DNA of 64,000 bases, taken from NCBI GenBank assembly GCA_964106915.2, contig OZ066915.1. One strand, written 5' to 3'. The stretch's first letter is position 1. The number at the start of each line of letters is the position of its first letter. The position numbers and the translations under genes were made by a program. The DNA comes from Podarcis gaigeae. Taxonomy: Eukaryota. Of this stretch, positions 1-13,191 are shown piece after piece. Under the pieces are notes generated by a model. It searched no databases and was not told the DNA's origin. It was given only the letters and a program-made list of their open reading frames with translations.

Positions 1-1339
1 GAGTTTTTTTGGGGGGGCGCCTTCTCCGACTGGGCTGGGGACACGGGCCCCACAGTTTATCACGTCGCGTATTCTTGAATATCAGAAAAGGAAGAAGGGA
101 AAAATGTGGCGGTTGTGGGAGAGGTAGCGCGGCCCTCACCGCAGGAACCCTCCCTGCCCCCTGTTGGGTTTAAAGAGTATGCGTGACTTTGTGACTTATT
201 TTGTGGCGCTTTTTCACATGAGGAAAGAACATGGGGCATGGGAATGGATTTGGCACAGGCCAGTTTAATAAAATGGAGTGTAAGTCATGTATGGTGACGT
301 TTGAATGGATTGATGACTTGGGAAAGGTTTTGCACATTTTGTTGCTGCATATTTTCTATTTTCTAGTGGGCATTCTCAAAACTAGAATTTAAGCTATTTT
401 AGTGCTGAACTACTTATGCAGAGTACCAGGGCCCCCGGGACACATATTCTGGAAATAATTGTGTGGGCAGGGAAATGTGCAACATAAAATAATTGAAGTT
501 AAAATTAAGTCTTCAGACCGGCTTGTACTTAATATAGATTACTGGCAACAGTTGCGTGAATGTGATTTTTTTATTTTTTTTACTGGAATTGGGTAGTCAA
601 AGAAGATAAGGGTAAAAGTCCTGTCTGGTGTGAAGAAGGAAGTGATAATTTTGCAATGTGCCATGTGAAAGCAGAAAGAGGACAAAGGTGAACTGCAAAG
701 GGAGGGTAAGGAATGCTCTAAACTATAGAGGCCTTGAACTTCAAATGGATAACATGCACAGGAAAGTTATCAGGTTGCTTTAGTGTAGTAACTTATTGCA
801 GTTCACACAATACTAAGGGGGGAAGTATTGGGGTATTATATTGGCACAAGTAGTAACAATTACTTGTTTCTATTATGATGAACTGAAAATGACAGAAATT
901 TTCTATATATATTAAGAGAGGTTTAGGTGTTGCCTTAAACACGATTCACTGCCTTTATTTGGTATGGAGTTAAGTTAACTGGTGGGTGTGGTGTCCTAAA
1001 ATAACTAAAAGCTGATTTGTATGTAAAGGGACATACAGTGGGTGAGTCTGACTCCGTTGCCTTCCTACATCGCTCCCCCACTGTTCACTCAAACTAATTT
1101 TCCCTTCTTGCCCTCCCCCTTAGGAGACATCAAGGGGCAGCTGCTATTGGCACCCTTCTAATCTTCTGTGATGTAGTTCTAAGGGCTGCTGCTCTCCTTC
1201 AAGACTGGTGCTGCAGGCTCCAAAGCTGGAAGGGAGAACAGTAGCTTGGAATTTGCATTTTGGAGGCCCTCTGTGGCACCTCAACCATGAAGCCCCATCT
1301 TAAAATAGATTATGTGTATCTCCCCCCTTTTTTTTGCAA

Positions 1340-1680
1340 AGAAACTCAGATATATAAGCTCGGTGCCAAATGGCTTCCTAAACCAGGGTTACAGTCGCCA
1401 AAATGCAATGCCTAGTTGCCATTTTTGTGCCAGACAGAAGTCATTTTTCAATATGACTTTTTGGTTCCTGAAATTCATTCTGATGGTGCAGATAAAATAC
1501 AATGGATAGAATTGTACAGGATTCATTGCTAGTGTGTAAAAAGAGTCCTGATCCAACGATCCCCAGGTATGCACCTCCAGATGGTGGAGATCTCAGGCAA
1601 CATTCTGAGGCAACTTAGTCACAAGTGGCCGATAGCCAGGTGCAAAATGTACCTGGTGCATGGTGAATTTCGAATGCTAG
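1340..1680. mobile_element. hAT-like non-autonomous DNA element (same family as 29968-30317)
   Basis: Colinear similarity to 29968-30317, e.g. gccaaatgg..aaaccaggg, aatgcctagttgccatttt, ttttcaatatgacttt, gtgcagataaaata. Confidence 0.75.
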
Positions 1681-1913
1681 CCACAGATATAGTGAACTGT
1701 ACCTCCCTTAACAACTGTTTATTGTTATTTATGGAGGCTCAGGTCACAGTTAGTGAACCATGGATTTAAAATATTGATGACTTGCTAGTTCAGTGTAGTG
1801 CAAACTTGAATGAAATCTCCCTGCTAGTCAGCCTAGTTTGATCTAAGAAATATACTCAATGTGGAACCTAATATTCTCTGTAACCCTGGGTAAGGGGTTA
1901 GGCATTATTAGTA

Positions 1914-2127
1914 CAGTGGTACCTAAGTACTTAATTCGTTCTGGAGGTCCATTCTTAACCTGAAACTGTTCTTAACCTGAAGCACCACTTTAGCTAATGG
2001 GGCCTCCTGCTGCCGCTGCGCCGCCAGAGCACTGTTCTCATCCTGAAGCAAAGTTCTTAAATCGAGGTACTATTTTTGGGTTAGCGGAGTATGTAACCTG
2101 AAGCGTATGTAACCTGAGGTACCACTG
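1914..2127. mobile_element. Tc1/mariner (Tigger-like) MITE
   Basis: TIRs CAGTGGTACCT...AGGTACCACTG flanked by TA on both sides. Confidence 0.85.
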
Positions 2128-4464
2128 TACTGGGTAAAATCTGGCCTGTAAAACAATTTTAACTGACTCACTACTGCTGCACCAAATTTTAATAAAGGTG
2201 AGAGTTACGTGAGAGAATTTATATGGGTTTAATAATAATAATGCCAGAAGTGTTCTCATTTTTTTCACTAGGACTAGGGCAGACAAGGCAATAGCCCCTT
2301 GATATTTTATTAATTAATTCAATTTGTATACCACTCTCCATCCATAGATCTCAGGGAGGTTCACAGCATAAAATAGTTGAGTAGAAAAGCATGCATTTTG
2401 ACCATTGTATGTTGGAAAACCTGGTTCAGAAATAAAGACTAAAAAACTACACCCCCCATGAGATACTGTATTAATAGAAAAAATTTGATTCGAAGAAGAT
2501 AAATTTGTCCAGCTGTTTTCTTCTGCCTCCTGGTTTCATGTTATGTCAAAGTACTTAATGTTGCTCTATTTTATCACACTGTTCTCAGCACAGAACCTCC
2601 CAGTGTGTTACTAACTTCACATTCTATTTCTGTGAGCGGTAATACACACATTCAGATACCAACAACTGTACTCTCTTCAGTAGCTGTGAACTGTTTCAGC
2701 TAAACCTGAAAAGGCACTACATGGTAGCTCATAGCTTGTTACAAATCCCATTTGTAATGTATTTGCAAACATACAGCTTTTCTCAAAAGAACAGATAGAA
2801 CAATCTGCAAACGCTTTCCCATGTACTCGTAATAACCTTTAACAATTAGTGCTTGGTGTGCACAACATAATAGTATTTGCTTTAATTACTTCAAGACAAG
2901 TTATAGAAGATATATAGAAAAGGGGTCACTTGGATGTTAAATATTCATGTGTGTATTCTAAAAACTTCCAGTGTTTGCCAAGCTATAAGGAGATTTTAAA
3001 AAGTCAAGAATTCTTCTTGGAAACTTGATCCTCTAAAAGGTCTCGTAAGAATTGGTCCCCCCCCCCCAACAGCCAGCCATGTGCCTATGGCATACTTAGA
3101 ATCAGAATATGAAGACTAGCCCTTTCCTATTTATCCTCAGCGTTTGATATTCAGAGGCATATTGATTCCGAAGAGAAAGGTTCTATCACTCAAATTAAAA
3201 CTGTCAATTACCTCTAGTTCTGTAGAAGCTACACATACCCTGATCCACTTTGTAGTTAGTACCCTAAATTAAATGCTAAAAGCAAATTAACCTGCTTGCT
3301 GTGTAGGCCTTGGTTCGTTTTGCTTATAAGGCTATTTTTCTAATGGCAGAAGGACAGAAGTGTTGGTTACCACTTGAGCAGACTAATTTGCTTTTCTTCT
3401 GCAGGCGACAAATGCTCATCACAGTAGAAACAATCTGTTTACAAAGCAGAATTTGCTGGAAAGCCAAATTAATCAGCAGGACTGTCGTAGATAGGAAAAC
3501 AAACACTTGGTAGTAATATCCACAAATCAGAATATGAAGGGAGTGTAGCAGAATACATTTAAAAGACAGAAATCTCCAGGTTTTCCTATATTCAGTTTCA
3601 GCGGAGGTGTTGACTAAGCAGCACTGTCCTGTAGATGTACTTGAGCTAAGTACGTACTTGCATTCTGGAAGCAAATTTGCATCTCAGCTATCCATTTTTG
3701 GATGTTCTCCCCCCTCCATATAAGACATAGTCTGAGTGAAGAGGCAACAAAAGTTGTACATCCCTAGGATTATATCACCTCTACAATTTGGCTTGCTCTG
3801 TGCTAGAATGTTGGGGTCATGTCCAAGTTTTGACTGCAAGACCTAAGAAAGACCCAGACTTCCATAGTACTAAGGTCTTGGATTTTGTGTATTACAGCTT
3901 TCTCTGTAGCAGAATTCTCACTAATGTAGGCTAAACATTTTGGGATAAGACTGTGTCCCAGCATCTTTGTATTTATTATATAGACAAAATGTTTATATAA
4001 TATTAAACAAAACAAAAATGTTGTCATTCCAGTGAACCGGTCTGCAAGCATATGTCTGTAGCTTCCTTTGCGCTTGATTTTGGACTTCTTAGGAAGTATT
4101 GGAATCCTACGCCCCTTTTCAGCTGAGACCTGTGGGTAGTATACAAATTTAATTTAATAATAATAATAATAGGCTCTGGAAACAGTTTAGAACACTAGAA
4201 ATCTTAACAAATGTATGATATAAGATACATGAGAGTGCATGGCAGTCTCTTCTGTTCCCTGGCACTTGGTGAAATGATAAACATCCAGGCTGTTCCCTCC
4301 AGAATGTGGAGTTGGAAGGAGTTGTTTGTTGCTGGACATGGACTGGCTAATGGGAAAGTTGCCAACCCCCGTGTCTTACCCATCACTTCCAAATTTGGGC
4401 TGGGTGCAAAAATGTGTCATTTTAAAATCTAATATATGGTGGGCTAATAAATGTGCACCAAATA

Positions 4465-4694
4465 CAGTCATACCTCGGATTACAGCCGCTTCAGGTTGCG
4501 GACCGCCGAAACCTGGAAGTACCGGAATGGTTACTTCCGGGTTTCAGCGGTCACGCATGCGCGGTAGCGCAAAATTGCTCTTTGCACAGAAATTCCGAAT
4601 TACAACCCGCACACGCGCAGACGTGGGTTGCGAATGCTGCAGGTTGCGAACGTGCATCCCACACAGATCACGTTCGCAACCCGAGCAATCACTG
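4465..4694. mobile_element. Tc1/mariner (Tigger-like) MITE
   Basis: TA|CAGTCATACCTCGG...CCGAGCAATCACTG|TA with a CpG-rich interior; related to 43578-43716. Confidence 0.8.
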
Positions 4695-4899
4695 TATTAA
4701 CTTCCTTGTTTTTTCAGAAATAACCATGTGGGGTGAACTTCAAAGCTCTGGATTTTGGGGGGAGAGGTGTACTAATGTCCCATTCTCTCCTATGTATGAT
4801 ATTTGTCATGCTTTTAAATGGCCCTCTTTTCTGGAATCCTAGAGATATGACTGAAAAATTAGTTTATATCCCATCTTTCCTCCAAGGAGGTCAAAGTAG

Positions 4900-5070
4900 T
4901 GCTCAAAATAAGTTCCCCCAACTTATTTTATGCTCACACAACCCCATGAGTTAGAAGTTGGACTGAAAGGCTGTGCCTGTTTGAGGTCACCCACTGAATT
5001 TCATGGCTGAGGGGGGATTTGAATACTCATCTCCCAGAATAAATCCAGAGCTCTTTGCACCACACTGGCA
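4900..5070 (-). mobile_element. Old tRNA-derived (MIR/CORE-like) SINE fragment
   Basis: cacaaccccatgag...ggtcacccact...ggctgaggggggatttgaatactc resembles a reverse-oriented B-box and core region. Confidence 0.45.
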
Positions 5071-7043
5071 ATGTGCAATCCTTTTTATATTCCAAAAAGC
5101 CCCTCTAGGTGATGCATGCAGAGATATGCTGTAAACATTTGTCTTGCTTAGTGGTTTTATTTAGTATAAGGTTTATTTTCATAGTTCTTGTAATGCAGGG
5201 GTAGTGAATTGGTTGGCCTGATTTCGCTCACCAAGCCATTTTCAAAAGACACATCAGCCTATGTTGAAATAGACTGGTGGTGGTATTTTCAGTGGTAGCT
5301 TCAGCTATGGTGGTGTAGAACAATCTGCCACCATGACGAACCATCAGGAACCCTCTGGGAACAGGAAGAGGCACTCTGATCTATTCCAGTGTTTCACTAG
5401 TATTCTGGTATACTCCTTCCTTTTTTCTGAGCACTCCAATCTGCTCTCAATGGTAGCAGGCTGTTCTGCACCACCACGGGGAAGCTGGAGGAAGAGAGAC
5501 TCACCACTGCTCTGCTATCTGTGCCTTTCACCATAACTGGTACTCTCAGTAGAGCAAGGGAGCATGATGGAAACAAGTGTGGGGGCAATTCCTTTCAGCT
5601 ATTGATGTTGCTAGTGCAGCAATGTGTATTGTATATATCGGAGTGTGTAGGTGGGTGTCTGTTTGGAATACTGCCCTTGGACAAAAAAAGAAACTAGTCA
5701 CCCCTGAAGGTTGGAAATAAATGTTTATGTAGCAGTAGGCAGAGATTTTCATTGGCCCAGAGGTAAGACCATCTGACCAGGGCCTTCCTTCTGCCTCTGC
5801 TCACAAAATATCAATGTCCGCATTTGGCACTTGACTTGTGTCTACATCTATGACAATAATAGCATGAAAACAACATGAAAAGGAGACAAAATGGAACTTT
5901 GTATAAAATGCAGGTTTGCTCATAAGACTGGAACAGCCACCAAAAGCTTTTTTTTTCTTTTTTAAGTTTCAGTTATGAAACTTAGAGAAATTGATATGCT
6001 TGTTTCTAGTATGGCGTTCTTGCTGCTAGTTCTGACTCATTCATACTGCATTAGCTTTTGCAAGCCTCTCTACAAGTTTTACTTGTTTGGTTGTGATAAA
6101 TCTCTTCATTATTTGAAGTGAAGGGATGGGGAGGAGCTCCTGTAGTAGTTCGTATTAAAAGGAACCAGGAAGTTGTGCCTCCATGGAACCAGCACTGATG
6201 CTTTACCTTTTTCCTCCTCCTGTGTCACTGTTACACGCCAGAAGTAACCATTTCATACTGGAAGCGTGTGTTTTCAGCATGGGAGCTGTGGCGAGAAGCT
6301 TGAGCTAGTGAAGAAGCCAGTCAGGAGTTAGAACATGGCAAGGCGGAGTTCCTGAGTGACCTTCAAAGCCAAATAAGGAAGGGGGTGGTTGCTATGGGGA
6401 CTGCTTCCTGTTTCCTCTTGGGTGGGGGTTCCGTGTGCTGTCCCATGGCAACAGCCCCTCACTTGGGCGGGGTATGTGTGTGTGTTGTTTGGATACAGTA
6501 GCCTCTCCATCCTGTTATTTGTGGTCCACCCTTGGGACACCTGATGTCATACAGGAAGGGGAAGGGTGTCTCAGAGTATGTGCAGAGTGCCTTTTCATTT
6601 TCATGCCCTAAATTGCTCCCAGTTGGGGCTGTTTAATAATCCTGTTTCACTTTTATTTTACTGGGTGCCACCTTACAAAAAACAACATTTAGCAGGGCAA
6701 TGAATGACTCAATTTTTAAAAAAAGTCTTTTCAAAGCTCTACTGTTCAATTTTTAAGCCTTAAAAAAATGATAGGCAGAACGGCTAAATTACAAAACAAC
6801 ACAGGATTTTACCAGGTATCCCACATGGGAGTAATTGGTTAAGGGAACTGGGGACTCATAAAGGTTGAAAACCACAGGTCTACACCATTAAATAGCATTT
6901 TTGTGCATGTATTGGCTGGGACCTAGTGATGAACAGAGAACCATTTTGGTAGCATATGCCTAATAGTGTGCATATATGTTGCTTTCCTTTGCTGGTAGGC
7001 GTAGTGATATTTCATGCTCATTTTTTACCCTTATGCATAGACC

Positions 7044-7232
7044 ATGAAGCAGAAGTGGTTGCTGTATGCAGCATTGCTGTTGGCTGGAGCCTCTGCTATC
7101 CTGGCACATGAAACTCACGATCACGATCATGATGACGACGACGTAATAGATATTGAAGATGACCTTGATGATGGCGTTGAAGAGGTAGAAGAGTTGAAGC
7201 ATGAAGCGAGCACTCCACCCCCACTCCCTAAG
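7044..7232 (+). CDS. CANX: Calnexin coding exon 1 (signal peptide and acidic N-terminus)
   Basis: Acceptor atag at 7037-7040, accATG, translation MKQKWLLYAALLLAGASAILAHETHDHDHDDDDVIDIEDDLDD...PPPLPK, donor AAG|gtttgt. Recognisable calnexin N-terminus. Confidence 0.97.
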
Positions 7233-8058
7233 GTTTGTTTGAATACTTAATTCAAGTGTAGATCTCCAGAAAGAAATTATTAGCAAGTTCCTTCATTCTG
7301 ATGATTGGACCAGGTCTGCAGCTTTCTATCTATAATTCTAATTTTAACCGGCCCATTATCTGAGTGAGGTGCACTCTTCCAAGTTGTTGCTTTCCTTTGG
7401 CTGCTAGAACTTGCTTCTTGAAAAGATGTGGAAAATTCCTGCATCCAAACTTAAGTTGCTGCACTGTCCAGAGAGGCTTCTCCTGTTGTTTAAAGCTTTG
7501 TGCTGTTTGCATGGGTGTAGTGTAAGGAAAGCCCATGTGCTGCTATCTATATGTTTTGGACTGCATCTCCCAACAGCCCTAGCCAAAATAGCCAAAGGTA
7601 AGGAATGATGGGAATTGTAGTCTGCTATATCTGGCAGGCACTACATTGACTGCTGTGGTGTTAGTAAATAGGGATGCTTGGAGAACTTATTCTTTTGAGT
7701 TCTAGTTTGAACAGATCCATTCAATGTCTTCTGGATGACTGTGTGGATCATAAGATAGTTTTCCTTGTGTGATGTACTTGGGCCTAAAAACAAACCAGAC
7801 TGCATATAAAAATGCATATATACTTAGAAATGCTTATTTAGTGAGAACGCATTCAAAAATATCTGTTTAAATCTGGTGCAGATTAATTAAATTCTGTGCA
7901 GATTAATGTGGAAATTGGACACAGCAGGCTTTGTCGACATGTGAATGTGATACAGATGATACCAGTGGGAAAGTAGCATCATCTATATTAGCAGTTTATG
8001 TCACCATCATAGAACTATACCAAGACATTATAGCAATGCAACATAGCTTTGTGTTGTA

Positions 8059-8260
8059 CAGTGGTACCTCTAGTTGCGGACATGATCCATTCTGGGGTGC
8101 CATTCGCACCTCAAATAGTCCGCAACTAGAGCGGCGTTTCTGCGCATGCGCAAAGTGTGCAAAACGCTTCTGCATGTGCGCCTGCGGTGAAACCCGGGTT
8201 TGCCGCGTTTGCAAGCTGAAAAGACGCGACATGTACCTAACGCAACACAAGGTATGACTG
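8059..8260. mobile_element. Tc1/mariner (Tigger-like) MITE
   Basis: TA|CAGTGGTACCTC...AAGGTATGACTG|TA with a gcgcatgcgc-rich interior. Confidence 0.8.
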
Positions 8261-8990
8261 TATGCCTAGCTCTCTCATGTTTGCCTTCTGGGCTCCTATA
8301 TCTTTAAGGCGGAAGGAACATGAAAATTGAGCCATGGGTTGCGTTCATCATAGTGCTGAAGAGAACATTTCATCAGCACAAGGATTTATCCTCCTGCATG
8401 CCCCCTAAATTCCACCAAAACTCCAGAGCAGATTTGGGGATGGTGCAAGGGGAGAGGGACACCGCCTTGTGGTAGTTCTAATATTTCATTCACTACTATC
8501 CTATGAATTGCTAGTGTAGTGCTACACTACGCCCTAAGGTTGGAATCTGCAATAAGAAGTAGAGTAAAGCAATGGGTTCAAATTTCTAAACCATTATTTG
8601 TAGTGCTCTTTCCAGTGAAGAGCTGTTTCAGTAATTCTGCTGTTCAGTAGGAAGTGGAATAGTTTGGGATATTAACATACAAACTATGGGAAGTATCCAA
8701 TATGTTCCATTAACACAAGGTCTTTTGCCCATGCCACAGAACTTCTCCTGCCTCTCCTTTTCCCCAACCCCAAATCTGTTCAGGAGGTTACCCCAACCCT
8801 TCAGAGCCAATTTGGAGAGGGAGGGGAAGTTTTATTGCACTAATGGAAATACTTGTGCTGTCAGAACGAGTGCATTGTGTACCCAAAAGCATATTTCTCA
8901 ATTCTACTTGATCACAAATAATATGAATTGGTTTATAATATTGTTCAAGATATCACTTATCAAGGTATATCGGACATCTTTCTCAATTAG

Positions 8991-9064
8991 GTCACCTATA
9001 AGGCCCCAGTCCCAACAGGAGACGTTTATTTTGCTGAGAACTTCGATAAAGGAACTTTAGATGG
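8991..9064 (+). CDS. CANX: Calnexin coding exon 2
   Basis: ttag|VTYKAPVPTGDVYFAENFDKGTLDG|gtaagt, 74 nt, phase consistent. Confidence 0.97.
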
Positions 9065-9846
9065 GTAAGTTTAAGCCCAAGAGGTGTTAGTAGATTTACA
9101 GAGAGATGTTTCTATTGTGTGCATTAAAAACATTTATATCCCTTTTGCCTCAGTATGAGTAATTCAGTGGGGCTCACATAACAAAAAAGCAATTCTAAAC
9201 AAAGTCAAAGCAAAATGTACACACGTCCTTGGCAGCAAGCAATAATCACAGTGCACTACCATGCAAATACATGGTAAAGATTAAGAAGTGGGTCCTCAGA
9301 TGCATGTGGGGATTAAAAGCAGGTCCTGGGTCTGAAAAGGTTGAAGATGTGTGTCTTAGGGCATGGCATTTCAAAGCCTAGGTGTTGAAACAGAAGGCCC
9401 TGCCTTACATCTCTGCCGAAGTATACCTTAGTTATAGTGCACCAATCACAGTGCCAGCAGTTTGTTAGCAGTGAGCCATTCAGTTGCAAGTTCTTAGACT
9501 TTAATATTTCAAATGATGGACATGTGGTAATATGCATATTTATTGAATTTGTTGCAAGACATACTAATTCACTAAATTATGTAATTACAGAAGATAAAAA
9601 GGTGTTTAAACACATTTAAGCTATGCAACGCTTTCATATCTGGTGCTTCATTTTCCTTGTCTTCCTTTACCCTTCTTTCCCCCCTTCTCCTTTTTTGCTA
9701 TGTTTTTTAGATTGTAAACCTGAGGCCAGGGACTGGCTTGCTTGTTAATGATCGCTTGTTAGCCACTCTGGGAACTTTTTTGGCTGAAGAGTGGGGGGGA
9801 AATGCTTTAAATACAAAACAAAAAAACAACTGTTTTTAAATTTTAG

Positions 9847-9905
9847 GTGGGTTCTATCTAAAGCTAAGAAGGATGATATAGATGATGAAATAGCCAAATA
9901 CGATG
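9847..9905 (+). CDS. CANX: Calnexin coding exon 3
   Basis: ttttag|WVLSKAKKDDIDDEIAKYD|gtgag, 59 nt. Confidence 0.97.
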
Positions 9906-10101
9906 GTGAGTATAAAGCTTTGCTTGGTATTCACTGTATGCAATGACTGGGGTTAGTAGCAAAGCACAACTACTTTAACTGGCCCGGCCTCCTCCCAGTA
10001 CTGGATGGTATTTTTGTTTAGAACTGTTTTATTTGTTTTTATAACAATTGTTTATATTGTTATCATATGCCATGGGACCTTATGGTGAAGGGTGGGTAAT
10101 A

Positions 10102-10210
10102 GATCAGGGTTGTGGGTTCGAGTCCCACGTTGGGAGAAAAATTCCTGCAGTGCAGGGGGTTCGACTAGATGATCATTGTGGTCCCTTCCATCTCTACAAT
10201 TCTAAGATTC
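10102..10210 (+). mobile_element. tRNA-derived SINE fragment with CR1-like 3' end (Squam3-like)
   Basis: B-box GGTTCGAGTCCC followed by gactagatgatc...ggtcccttcca...attctaagattc tail. Confidence 0.65.
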
Positions 10211-10912
10211 AAATGTGACTAAATCTCAATTAAACTTTTGTCTTGCTGTGGCACTAGTGGCCTAGTTCTCACAGAGATGATAAACCTACATCTGGACTGT
10301 GATTGCATGCATCCCAATACAAAAATAAAATAAATATATTTTCCACATAGAAACCATCTAGCCTTATTCCTAAAATGTTTTTCTCTGTGGAAGAAATGGG
10401 TTTTTTGTATGGAAGAACACTCAGTCAAATGAGCCCCTACTTGCAAAACTGTACAGACCTGATACAGATTTACTGCATCAATGAGATCTGGGCCAGAGTC
10501 CTGGGACAGCATTTAAACATTTCTGTGAACTATTCAACAGAACTCATGTGAAAAACACATGACATAAAGTTGGCATTTATAACACTTGGCACATACCTGA
10601 TTCTAACAATTTCATTTTCATAGAATCTTGTTTATTGTTAGGTTGCAGTTAGGCAGTGTTGTGGATGAGTGGCTCTCCTGAGCAAAGTTCCTTGTGTGTT
10701 GTGGAAGGTCGTATTTTCTCATAAACTAGAGCTGTAGTTTATTGCAGTCAGTGGTGGCTGAATTGTGCGTATGGCTTCTAAAAGTGGTAGATATTTTCTG
10801 CAATGAAATTTTGGCTGCTTATGTAAATATGGTGAGTAGAAATGACATGGTGTGTGTGATTTCTTATGAATAGAGTATTAAAACAGCAATGTGTTGTTCT
10901 GTTTCTTAATAG

Positions 10913-11054
10913 GCAAATGGGAAGTGCAGGAAATGAAGGATACTAAACTACCAGGGGATAAAGGACTTGTTCTGGTTTCTCGAGCTAAGCATCATGCAAT
11001 CTCTGCCAAACTCACCAAACCCTTTGTCTTCGACACCAAGCCCCTCATTGTACA
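10913..11054 (+). CDS. CANX: Calnexin coding exon 4
   Basis: atag|[47 protein letters not shown]|gtaagt, 142 nt. Confidence 0.97.
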
Positions 11055-11664
11055 GTAAGTGATCCTTTTAATTTTCTATCTAGCAATGAATGGGTGTGTA
11101 CACTGAGCAGTTAAGTTCAGTGGAAATGCACTCACTGTGTTGTATATAGGCCTATAAGGACTGAGCTCAGTGGAAGCGGGTTCTGCCAGTTCACAGCAAA
11201 CTCCGACAATTCTGTACAATGGATAGAAACTGCCTTGGGCTTTTTTTCATAACCAAAGTCAAAATGTCTTGCCTGCCTCACAATCTGGACTATAAGCTTG
11301 CTTCACTTGTAATGTTCAAAACATGGTTTGGCAGTTGGGGACTTGCTTTGGATTTCCACTCTAGATCTGTCTTTCATTTGGTGCTTTGGGCAAACCAGTA
11401 TGTGCTTTGATACATGAATTGGGGAAATTATGATTTGTTGCCAGCCAGAATTGAAAAACATGGCTTAAAAGTGGGGTTCTATTTCTGAATTGAGTCGCAC
11501 CAAAGAAAGAATTGAAGCATATGAGGTATGACGAGGAAAATGCTGTCTCAGTTGTGAAAGGAGGATGTGGTTCTTGTTTGAAATGAGTCATTGTCTTCAG
11601 GAAAAAATGAGGTGGGTTTTCTTTTTAAAATGAGAGTATTATTTTATATTCCAAACTAACTTAG

Positions 11665-11746
11665 GTATGAAGTCAACTTCCAGAATGGAATTGAGTGTGG
11701 TGGTGCTTATGTAAAGCTGCTTTCAAAAACTCGTGAGCTGAACCTG
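11665..11746 (+). CDS. CANX: Calnexin coding exon 5 (lectin-domain signature)
   Basis: ttag|[27 protein letters not shown]|gtaagt; contains the calreticulin-family CGGAYVKL motif. Confidence 0.98.
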
Positions 11747-12732
11747 GTAAGTGACTGTCTTCCAGTTTCATTCATACAGCTGTTGCCTTCTGAGTTTTAG
11801 CTCCTAATGTGTGTTGGGCTGTATCCACAACTATGTTTACTGTGCACTTACTGTGTTTCCAGTGCTGGGTTATGATTTTTATCCAAAATACATATCCTGT
11901 ACTTGGTTATAAAATACTACTATTTGATGCATTGTTTCTCCAACCAGCTTCAGACTGTTTGGAATCCTTAAGTCATTCCTAATTTGTCTGTAGTTAAGGT
12001 GTGTACACCTTTCTTTGAATAGAGTAAATACATCTCCACCTTCCCACCCTCAATGTGCCCTGGTGCGTACACAAACAGAGAACCTGACAGTAATGAAGCC
12101 ACACTGATGTGAACATCGGGGGGGGGGGAGCTAAGAAGTGCATGGGCAGGGGAGGGAGAATGTCACTGCACTCTAAGGCAGTAATGTGAGCACACCTTTG
12201 GACTTTACTTCCAAACGGAGTATGTTCAAGGACTAGTTGTGGTCGTAAGAGTAGTCTGCTGGCCTACTTATCTACAGTTAGAGCAGTTTGTGGGTCTATC
12301 ATTATTCTCATGATTTCTGTGGTCTACCATGTATGTGTTTGCTGAAAAATTATTAATTCCTTGCCTTTTGGAATACTCTAGATGGCATATTTCATACATC
12401 TCATATGCTCATACCATGAAAAATGCCCTTGAATTGGTAGCATGAATTTCGCTTTTTGACTAAGCATCCACGACTTATAAGTTGGTTGGTGCAGTGTTAA
12501 CAGCAGTTTTTGAAACTTCAGGTTCCTGAATTGCACTATTAATACTCCTAACAAGGAAAGCCTTATTTTTCTAGACTTTTACAATTTTGTTTGATGTAAG
12601 TCTGCTTATACAGAGGTTATTGATTTCTAGATTTGTAGAATCAAAGTGTTCATAAGATGTAGCTTAGGAGCTTGTCCTGAAAGTTAACTTATGCTGTGTG
12701 TTTGAAGCTTGGGCCATATTTATATTTTTAAG

Positions 12733-12925
12733 GATCAATTCCATGACAAGACTCCCTATACCATTATGTTTGGCCCCGACAAATGTGGAGAAGACTATAA
12801 ATTGCACTTCATCTTCCGGCACAAGAGCCCCAAAACGGGCATGTATGAGGAGAAGCATGCAAAGCGTCCTGATGCTGATTTGAAGAATTACTTTACTGAT
12901 AAGAAGACTCATCTTTATACACTGG
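12733..12925 (+). CDS. CANX: Calnexin coding exon 6
   Basis: aag|[31 protein letters not shown]...KKTHLYTL|gtaaag; contains the IMFGPDKCG signature. Confidence 0.98.
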
Positions 12926-13191
12926 GTAAAGCAACCACATATTTGGATTTCTATGTGAAAGTCTAGTGCAGAATGTGGGAGAGGCTGTTTGCAACAATGG
13001 AGTGTATTGTAAAGCAGGAAGTGAAGATTTTTTTATTTTATTTCCTGTGTAAGAAACCTTTAATGATAGAACAACTTCCTGCAGGAGAAGAGTAGACTAT
13101 AAAGCAGGGAAATGGACCTTCTTGAACCTATATTTTTATAGGTTCTTCTCAAAAGTATTCAAGTTAACTTTATTTTCCTTGGTCTTCCTAG

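Noticed and set aside
4326-4842. Overlapping 124-aa and 129-aa ORFs
   Set aside because: They span a CpG-rich MITE and have no protein homology or exon structure.
11650-11664. CTAAC immediately before the AG, suggesting a U12-type intron
   Set aside because: The donor is canonical U2 GTAAGT rather than RTATCCTT, and there is no TCCTTAAC branch site.
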